From a virus (lineage: Duplodnaviria > Caudoviricetes), in IMG/VR virus record IMGVR_UViG_3300037634_004381, positions 1 through 33,845 of that record: a stretch of DNA of 33,845 nucleotides; one strand, written 5' to 3'. Of this stretch, positions 26,633 through 33,845 are shown piece by piece. The translations under genes and the position numbers were made by a program. The notes below the pieces were generated by a model, which was given only the letters and a program-made list of their open reading frames with translations, made no database searches and had not been told where the DNA came from. Numbering within the stretch: position 1 is the stretch's first letter; every line of letters starts with the position of its first letter.

Positions 26633-28207
26633 ATGGCTAAAGATTTTGATACTGGAGATTACAATCCAACATGGGAACAAATGCAAGAGTTCGATTACCC
26701 CGGATGGAAATATGATCAGCTTATAAAAGGGTCAGCAGATACCAAACCAGATATATTAAGTGCTGTTGATTCCGCTATCTCTGATACTGCATCTTATGTT
26801 TCTAAGATTCCAAAAATGGCGTGGGAAGATTTTAAATCTTCGTTTGATACCGGAGGTACTGTAAAGCCTAAGGCTGATCCAACAAGTCTTGGAATCGAAA
26901 GAGCAGACGTAAAGGAACCAAAAATACATAGTGGGGTTGAAGGATTAACTGCTTCTGGAATAGATTCAGGTACTGGTGAACCATCATGGTGGGATGGCCT
27001 TAGTAACTCTGAAAAATTTAAAATGGTAAGCCTTGGAAGTGAAGCCTTAGGAGACATTGTTTCTTACGGACCTAAGATGACCGCAGCCATAGGAGATATT
27101 CAAGCAAGAGGAGCCTTAGGTATGGCACCCGGTTCTGCTATTGATCCTATTAAAGAGGTGGGGCCATCTAGTTTTGCTCCAGATGTGGCAGAAATATTTG
27201 CAGCAAGAGACAAGAAAGAAGAAAGAAAAGACCTTATGAAGGAACTCGGTAAAATTGTTCACGGCGGAGAAGATGATGTTCCAGAATATGGTGGCGTAGA
27301 TGATATTATAAATGCTATGGGACCACTTAAAGGAATAGACTCATCTGGCTTAGAAACTAAGCATAAGAAAATGAAAATTATAAAACCACCGGGATCTGGT
27401 GGTGGTGATGGTGCTCTATCGGCTGCTTCGGGTGATGGTGGAGCAGGAATGGGTGGCGGTACTGGCCCTGCTATAAAAATGCATGCTGGAATAGGCGGAT
27501 CTGATGATGTTTGGAATCAGCAAACTGCTGTAGATATTGCAAATAGAGCGATTGCTTCTGAGGAAGGTGGTAACGGTGATATTCAAGACGGTATCAGTGA
27601 AGAGAGAAAGCAAGAACTTCTTATGGGTATGCCCGCAGAATCTTTCAACGAGCAAGCTTGGTTACATGAACAGGAAGACAAACAGCTTGCACCTATAGGT
27701 AAAGAATATGCAACAACAAGCGAACCGGAGTCTCTAGAAGGCTACCCTATGGGTACACCTGTTGAATTGAAGCAGATAGATGTCGAAGGCGAGTTTGTAA
27801 AATCAGAAGAGGAAAACAAAGAATATAACAGCAATGCAATAAAAGCAGGTAAAGTTCCAAGGGCAGTGACTGGTATAGGTGAACAGTTACAAGATAAAGC
27901 AGGTATACAAGATAGTGATATCAAGCCTAATATACACCAAGAAGGAACAAGTACTAAGAGTTCTGATCAGTCACCAAGCGATACCTTATCTAAAATAGCA
28001 GCAACAATGTCTATATCTGATAAATTAGATTTCCTTGATGATAAAAAAGAGAATAAAAAAGTAAAAGAACTAGAACAACAAATGCAAGCTTTACAACAAC
28101 AACAGCAAGCTGATGAAGATGTTGAATGGCTTAAACTACAACAAGAAAAATTAAAGTCTACTCAAAACTTTACACCAACACCAATCACTCAGATCAGATG
28201 GAGATAG
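26633..28207 (+). CDS. Putative internal virion (ejection) protein
   Basis: 524 aa, acidic and low-complexity, in the typical ejection-gene position. Confidence 0.6.
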   Translation: MAKDFDTGDYNPTWEQMQEFDYPGWKYDQLIKGSADTKPDILSAVDSAISDTASYVSKIPKMAWEDFKSSFDTGGTVKPKADPTSLGIERADVKEPKIHSGVEGLTASGIDSGTGEPSWWDGLSNSEKFKMVSLGSEALGDIVSYGPKMTAAIGDIQARGALGMAPGSAIDPIKEVGPSSFAPDVAEIFAARDKKEERKDLMKELGKIVHGGEDDVPEYGGVDDIINAMGPLKGIDSSGLETKHKKMKIIKPPGSGGGDGALSAASGDGGAGMGGGTGPAIKMHAGIGGSDDVWNQQTAVDIANRAIASEEGGNGDIQDGISEERKQELLMGMPAESFNEQAWLHEQEDKQLAPIGKEYATTSEPESLEGYPMGTPVELKQIDVEGEFVKSEEENKEYNSNAIKAGKVPRAVTGIGEQLQDKAGIQDSDIKPNIHQEGTSTKSSDQSPSDTLSKIAATMSISDKLDFLDDKKENKKVKELEQQMQALQQQQQADEDVEWLKLQQEKLKSTQNFTPTPITQIRWR

Positions 28208-28208
28208 T

Positions 28209-28907
28209 ATGGATATTATAGAACCAGATGAAGAAAGAGGACCATTCGAAATACCTGAACTAGATCCAGAACTTAAAGACGCTATGACAACTAAGATCAC
28301 AGAGGATCTTGAAAAATCTGGGATAAAGAAATCAGATTCTAAATATGATGACTTACTAAAAGTAGAGTTAGCACTTAGGTTAGCGAAAGCAGAAAACGAT
28401 GCGCCGGGATTTAACCGGTTCATAACAGGAATGAGAATAAGAGATGTCCAAAGAAGATATGGAAAGGATGCTCCCCAAATGTTGAATGCTTTAGGTTTAA
28501 GACATAGACAACCAGCACCTAAAAAATCAAGCGAAGCAATGATCTTGGACTTTATGAAGGCCAAAGCTGATGCAAAAATAAAAACAGAAGATAGGGATCT
28601 TAAAAAGAAACTTATCGAAGCACAGATAGTAGGCGTTGGTGAAAGGAAACAAGAGAGAGCGGAAAAGAAAGTTCATGCTCCATTAAATAAAAGAATAGAT
28701 GGTGGAATTAGATTAATTGAAAGTGAACTAAAAGATATTAAAGAGAATTCTATATTAGACGATAGGACAGCTTTAAAGTTTGCTGAAAGAGTTAAGGCCC
28801 TAGAAGAAGTTAGAGCTTATCTACAAGATGTTAAGTTAATCCAAGATGCAGATGCTAAAAAAGTAGAGATGAGAAACGCTGAAGATTTAAGAAGAGGAAT
28901 TAAGTAA
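28209..28907 (+). CDS. Putative internal virion protein
   Basis: 232 aa, helical and charged, TAATG-coupled to the next gene. Confidence 0.6.
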   Translation: MDIIEPDEERGPFEIPELDPELKDAMTTKITEDLEKSGIKKSDSKYDDLLKVELALRLAKAENDAPGFNRFITGMRIRDVQRRYGKDAPQMLNALGLRHRQPAPKKSSEAMILDFMKAKADAKIKTEDRDLKKKLIEAQIVGVGERKQERAEKKVHAPLNKRIDGGIRLIESELKDIKENSILDDRTALKFAERVKALEEVRAYLQDVKLIQDADAKKVEMRNAEDLRRGIK

Positions 28908-31900
28908 TGGCCGGTGTTCCTAGTTTAATGGTTGAAAAAGCCGAAAGGGAAGAAAAAAGCGTTATTGAGTTAATGCTTTCTGTTGCAGATAAAAGTGAAC
29001 AAATTGCAAGAGAAGCCGCAAGACAAGCGTTTATTGAAACAGATAAACCCATATATACACAGCCGTTTAAAGAGATCCTACAAGGTAAACGGTTTCAAAA
29101 CGAAAAGACATATACAACAGAAGAATTCAGAACAGATGTTTATGAGAAGTTAGGCATTGATCAACCCGGTAATGTAGAAGAAGATCTATCTGCGGGTGCT
29201 AAGATGGCAGCGGATTTTGCAACTGATATGATGTTCAATGTGGATGGTTTACTTTTTGGTTTGCCGGGAAAGATAGTAGGAGAGTCAGGGAAAGTAGCGA
29301 CTAAAGCTTTGAAAGGTTTGGATATCACAAAAGAGTCTAAAGCTTTGAAGGCATTAAGCAATGTAAATCCCGTAACATTAGGTAGAGCAACAACCGGTTC
29401 TGTCCTTGGTGCTTCAATGGCACAAGAGGATGATGATGCTTCTGATATTATCAAGAAGATAGGATTAGGTACATTAACAGGACTTGCTTTTTCACCAACT
29501 GCATCTCAAGCATTTGGTAAAGCATTTAAGCAATTAGATACTGTAACAATAGATGGTGCTAATAGAGCTTTTAGACCTGAATTTTATAAAACACAACAAA
29601 GGTTAATGAGAGATGTTCCTCTTGATGAGAGGTCAGGTCTCAGTAGTGGAACAGATGTAGGGATTCAAGATCTAATGAGGATCGGAGCTAGAAAAGAAAA
29701 GAAGATGTTAGAGGAAGCTCATTTCTACAGAAAAGAATTAGAAGATATTGAGAAAGGCTTATCAGAAGCTGATCTACAAACATATGACAACCTAAGGTTA
29801 CAAGCTGCAGGTATGTCCAAGAAGATAAGAAATGAATACTATGACAAGACTAAGGCTGCCTTTGAAAAAGAAGGTAAAAAGCTGAGAGGCTCGAAAGCAA
29901 ATGCTGCTTTAAACGAAGCAAGTAAAAGAGCAAATAGTATTGTTGCAAAAAAGATGCTACCAATAATTCAAGAGTCAGATGCGTCAGGTAAAGTCGTAGG
30001 GGCTATGGATGACTTTGTTAAGTTTAACAAAAGAAAAATAGATGACTACAACAAAACTGTTAAAGACACTGGTAATCCTTATTTGGTTGGGTTTGATTAT
30101 TATATGCCTAACATCTTACCAGATTTAGGCGGAGCAGCTCAAGAACTAAGAAGAGTTAAGGGTGGTTTTAAAAAGGTAGACTCGCCAGTTCAATCTGATT
30201 TAAGTGGATTAAGCCGAGGTGAAATAAGAGATCTTGCTGCAAGAAACTATTCTAAAGCTTTCATGGATGGCCAAGAGAGAACAGCAAGAATGCTAATAGC
30301 ATCTGTAAATAAGATGCCTCTTGATATGCCGGGTGGAAAAGCTATAAGTTCTTTCCTTGAGGGTATAGATGGATTACAAAGAAATATAGTAGCTGGCCAA
30401 TTATTTGCTACTCATCTTTGGATGACAACAAACTACCTCGACAATCTTGGTAGAGCATATATGGTTACAGGATTAGGTCCTACTTTAAGAATGGCCGCAG
30501 GTGGGCTTCAAGGTATAGCGACTTCGGCCGGAAGGGTTGCTGTTGAAAACAACATAGCCAAAGGTGCTAGAGAGTTATTTAAAAAAGTTCCTGTAGTAGG
30601 AGAGTTAACAGAAACTCTCGCAAAAGGATTAGAAGATCTAACGAGAAGTAATATGATTGGTGAAATCATGGATGCCACTCACCCTAAGTATACCGGTAAA
30701 GGAAAATTCAACAATGAAATGCTAGAGCTAGCAACAGTTACTGGCGTACTGGATACTGATAAAGCAAAACAATTCCTACAACACTGGGATCAGTACGGTG
30801 GGATAAGAACTCTTTTGAATTCAGAAGAAAGATTACCACCATTACTAAGAGGTTTAGATAATGCCATTGAAAAGAACTATGGCAGAGCAGCTAACATCGC
30901 TTTAAAGACTGCAAAGAAAGGTGGTCAAATGGTAAACGCTGCCAATAAGGTTTATACTGATTTCCTTACTGATACTATGGCAAGGATTGGTACAGCGAAT
31001 GAAGCATATACTAGAGTAGTAACATTTGAACATGTCTACAATTCACTTATAAAGCAAATACCGGGTGGAAAGAAAGCTCTTAAAAAAGCTGGTGGTCCTG
31101 TAGAGGCATTCAAGAAAGGTATGTTTAGAGATGTTACAGAGAAAGCTTCACAAGTAGTGCAAGATACTTTCTTTGATTATTCTAACGTAACTGCTTTTGA
31201 AAAAGCTTATGCAAAGAGAATGATTCCTTTCTGGACTTACTATACAAGAAGTGCTCATTTTTGGATTGGAAACCTTATGGATCCAGAACGTATTGGTAGA
31301 GTTATGACCAACATAAGAGCGTTAAAAGATTTAGGTAGAGAGCCAACGGAACAAGATAGGAAATATATTAGTCCTTATAAACTAAAGGAAGGAGCAAGGA
31401 TGTTACCTGATGCTCCCGATGGTAGGTCTGTTGTAGTTAATTTTCCGGGAGCTTCTGTCTTTGATGCGTTAAACGATGTCTCAGGGGTTGCGGCAGTATT
31501 TGGAAAGCTAACAGGTGCATGGCCGAAAGGAGTTAGTGCTGAAAGAATTAAGGCATTAGAGAAGATATCTCCTATACTTAAAACTGGAATAGAATTAACT
31601 ACCGGTAAGAACATGATGACTGGTGAACCTATACTTCCATCAGAATCTCCATTGAAAAGATCGAGAGTATTCAGTGATGCTTTAGCAACTAAAGACTTAC
31701 TTGAATTACCTCCTTTAAGTTTGATTCCTTATAAAACTAAAATATACGTAGATCAAAAAGGAAGAGAGTATTTTGTTGAGGATGATACGTTTGCTCAGGT
31801 GATAGTCGTTAGACGAAACCTATTTCCATTGAGAATACTAGACTCGATTAAAGGGTATCAACAAGACGTTGACTCAGGCAAGCGAACAAAAATGGAAGCA

Positions 31901-32032
31901 GGTATACATTACTTTACACCATTTAGTATTAAAACATATACACCGGAAGAAAGAATAAAAGGTGTTAAGAGAGACAGGTCTAGAAAAAAGAGAGTTAAGA
32001 CTGTTAGATCTAAAATGAGAGAACTGGAGTAA
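28907..32032 (+). CDS. Large internal virion / DNA ejection protein
   Basis: 1041 aa, helical, glycine-zipper segments; C-terminal TFFDYS...FEK...IPFWTY and SPILKTGIELTTGKN motifs are common in such proteins. Confidence 0.7.
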   Translation: MAGVPSLMVEKAEREEKSVIELMLSVADKSEQIAREAARQAFIETDKPIYTQPFKEILQGKRFQNEKTYTTEEFRTDVYEKLGIDQPGNVEEDLSAGAKMAADFATDMMFNVDGLLFGLPGKIVGESGKVATKALKGLDITKESKALKALSNVNPVTLGRATTGSVLGASMAQEDDDASDIIKKIGLGTLTGLAFSPTASQAFGKAFKQLDTVTIDGANRAFRPEFYKTQQRLMRDVPLDERSGLSSGTDVGIQDLMRIGARKEKKMLEEAHFYRKELEDIEKGLSEADLQTYDNLRLQAAGMSKKIRNEYYDKTKAAFEKEGKKLRGSKANAALNEASKRANSIVAKKMLPIIQESDASGKVVGAMDDFVKFNKRKIDDYNKTVKDTGNPYLVGFDYYMPNILPDLGGAAQELRRVKGGFKKVDSPVQSDLSGLSRGEIRDLAARNYSKAFMDGQERTARMLIASVNKMPLDMPGGKAISSFLEGIDGLQRNIVAGQLFATHLWMTTNYLDNLGRAYMVTGLGPTLRMAAGGLQGIATSAGRVAVENNIAKGARELFKKVPVVGELTETLAKGLEDLTRSNMIGEIMDATHPKYTGKGKFNNEMLELATVTGVLDTDKAKQFLQHWDQYGGIRTLLNSEERLPPLLRGLDNAIEKNYGRAANIALKTAKKGGQMVNAANKVYTDFLTDTMARIGTANEAYTRVVTFEHVYNSLIKQIPGGKKALKKAGGPVEAFKKGMFRDVTEKASQVVQDTFFDYSNVTAFEKAYAKRMIPFWTYYTRSAHFWIGNLMDPERIGRVMTNIRALKDLGREPTEQDRKYISPYKLKEGARMLPDAPDGRSVVVNFPGASVFDALNDVSGVAAVFGKLTGAWPKGVSAERIKALEKISPILKTGIELTTGKNMMTGEPILPSESPLKRSRVFSDALATKDLLELPPLSLIPYKTKIYVDQKGREYFVEDDTFAQVIVVRRNLFPLRILDSIKGYQQDVDSGKRTKMEAGIHYFTPFSIKTYTPEERIKGVKRDRSRKKRVKTVRSKMRELE

Positions 32033-32035
32033 ACC

Positions 32036-32356
32036 ATGATTAAAGAACTACCAAGACTAAAGAACCAAGACCCTGACCATGAAGAAGGCAAGAATGAGTA
32101 CCCCGATAAAGTTAAAAGGGAAGACGGTTTACCTACGATAGATGACCTTGAAAAACTTCTAGGTAAAGAAGGTGTAGTTACCGGAAGAAAAAGTGAAGGC
32201 CCTTGTGGTGTTATGATGATAGAAGAAACTGTTAGTATGTCTCCTTTAGATAAAATAGTTAACGCTAGGAAACCTGCAATAGATCTAGATAAAGTTGATA
32301 GTAGACATGATGATATTATTAAATTAGTAGAAAGTATTTTAAAACTGTCGAGGTAA
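32036..32356 (+). CDS. Hypothetical protein
   Basis: 106-aa ORF with GGAG SD. Confidence 0.7.
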   Translation: MIKELPRLKNQDPDHEEGKNEYPDKVKREDGLPTIDDLEKLLGKEGVVTGRKSEGPCGVMMIEETVSMSPLDKIVNARKPAIDLDKVDSRHDDIIKLVESILKLSR

Positions 32357-32358
32357 TT

Positions 32359-33087
32359 ATGAGCACAAACATAGATGCAATAAGAGAAGGAACATATGCT
32401 GTTAAACCAGATCAAAAAAGAATAGAAACAGATGACACCATCTGGATAAAGCCAAAAGACTACGACCAAAGATCTATAAGTAAACAGTTGGAAGAAATAA
32501 GAAAAGATAAAAAAAGAGATTATAAAAACTTATTTGGTATCAATGTAAAGAAAAGTTTCAAAGAGGGAGAAAAAGCTGGGTTCGATATGAGACATGCTAA
32601 AAATTTAGTTAATTTTACAGATGACTTTGCTAAAGCGTTTGATATAAAAATGAAAGTATCTTCTGTTTTTAGGGACGAACATAAACATCCCAAAGGAAGA
32701 AAGGGAAGCACTCATTCTACCGGTAATGCAATAGATGTCTCAAGAATTAAAATAGATGGTAAAGAAATGTATTGGGACGGCTTCGCAAAGGACTTTCCTG
32801 AGTTGTATAAGGCATACACGAAAGGGTTAAGAGATAGAGGTTATTATTACATTAATGAGAAGATATGGGGACATGGTCATTTTTCTTACAATCCCGGGAA
32901 AAAAGGTTTAATAGCAAAGAGGATAAGCAATCCTTACTATGACCCAAAAGATGAAAGTAGTCCGAAAACAATAGTAGTGGCAGAAGGCAACAAGTTATAT
33001 AGCCATGAACCTGAAGATATGGAAGAAGAAAGAGATCCTAGCTTACGATCAAAACTTAAAGAAATATCAAAAACAATAACTTATTAA
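32359..33087 (+). CDS. Peptidase M15-type Zn peptidoglycan hydrolase
   Basis: VSSVFR...STHSTGNAID...HGHFS matches R...SxHxxGxAxD...HxH. Confidence 0.8.
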   Translation: MSTNIDAIREGTYAVKPDQKRIETDDTIWIKPKDYDQRSISKQLEEIRKDKKRDYKNLFGINVKKSFKEGEKAGFDMRHAKNLVNFTDDFAKAFDIKMKVSSVFRDEHKHPKGRKGSTHSTGNAIDVSRIKIDGKEMYWDGFAKDFPELYKAYTKGLRDRGYYYINEKIWGHGHFSYNPGKKGLIAKRISNPYYDPKDESSPKTIVVAEGNKLYSHEPEDMEEERDPSLRSKLKEISKTITY

Positions 33088-33845
33088 AGATCACTCTCGT
33101 AAACAGCACCATTATAAATAGCTTTCTTATCTTTGATTCTAATCGTATCAATAAACCATTCATCTTTATTTAAAGCAGTAACCACTTGAAATGATTGTAC
33201 CCAGTTGGTATGATCCATGTATGAAAATACAGGTGCGTCTTCATTGCCAAGCCAACCCATTGAATGACAACATATCTCCCTGCCCAGAGCATCCTTGCTT
33301 GAGTACGACTGGTGTCGGTGGGTATGTCCGAACCCCAGAGAAATATGTTTGGCGTGTGCAGAACCTGCGGCACAATGCTTCCCCATATTAAAGGGTTGAT
33401 GTCGCAACATATAGTTAGTGCCTAGACAGCTAACTAGTTGATTCTTGCCGAACGGATGATGCACGATATTTAACCTGTCGAATTGAAGTAGTTCTTTTAA
33501 GGTAAACACGTCGAATAACTCGGGTGCTTTCTTAGTTAACCATCTCATCAACCTGAACTCGTGGTTTCCTTCTATAAAGTTTATCACAGCATTTGGGAAT
33601 GTGCGTCTAATTTCTTCTAACTTCTTGATACCCTGAGCTATTTCATCTTTCATTGTGTGAGATACTGACATCGCTTCGGGTAGGCGTGGGTGAAGTGAAC
33701 ACCATAGGAAGTCTAAAAAATCGCCCATGATATTAACCTCGTCCACACCACCGTCATACGTAGATTCTAGATCACCTCCTATACTCATGAGAATTTCCCA
33801 ACTAGACTTCGAGTGCCACGGAACGTGACAGTCAGGTATGTTTAT
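33084..33845 (-). CDS. Calcineurin-like metallophosphoesterase, partial (start lies beyond the window)
   Basis: Frame is open to the edge: INIPDCHVPWH (DxH), GDFLD, GNHE, RHQP, GHTH. Confidence 0.9.
   Translation of the reverse strand: MNIPDCHVPWHSKSSWEILMSIGGDLESTYDGGVDEVNIMGDFLDFLWCSLHPRLPEAMSVSHTMKDEIAQGIKKLEEIRRTFPNAVINFIEGNHEFRLMRWLTKKAPELFDVFTLKELLQFDRLNIVHHPFGKNQLVSCLGTNYMLRHQPFNMGKHCAAGSAHAKHISLGFGHTHRHQSYSSKDALGREICCHSMGWLGNEDAPVFSYMDHTNWVQSFQVVTALNKDEWFIDTIRIKDKKAIYNGAVYESDL

Noticed and set aside
5713-33087. Genome-wide TAG reassignment
   Set aside because: Long genes are intact in code 11, and several TAGs (10298, 25576, 28207) are followed immediately by an out-of-frame next gene.
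4107-33391. Antisense and alternate-frame ORFs (e.g. 4918-5334, 28151-28564, 31909-32469, 33191-33391)
   Set aside because: Shadows of well-supported genes, with no motifs or convincing SDs.

Overview
AT-rich fragment of a tailed dsDNA phage with a podovirus-like gene set. No tape measure, sheath, integrase, RT, cas, tRNA or rRNA genes were recognised. Positions 1-2334 hold a leftward cassette of small early-type genes ending in a GP88-like Cys-cluster protein cut by the window edge. Positions ~2350-3880 are a mostly non-coding control region with divergent sigma70-type promoters, palindromes and a degenerate ~33-bp array. Positions 3881-33087 are a rightward block: small ORFs, TerS, TerL, portal, scaffold, major capsid, a cadherin/LamG protein, a holin-like protein, tail proteins, a ~2226-aa nozzle-like protein, an adaptor, ejection-type proteins and an M15 peptidase. 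A convergent metallophosphoesterase is cut at the right edge. Most notable: (1) the nozzle-like protein appears built from nested (Russian-doll) insertions of one beta-rich module that is also inserted in the major capsid protein; (2) terL is in frame with terS behind TAG-CTAG, and its best SD points at a non-canonical ATC; (3) an S74 chaperone with Cys in place of the catalytic Ser sits on an ejection-type protein. All family calls come from motif recognition by eye; no searches were run.
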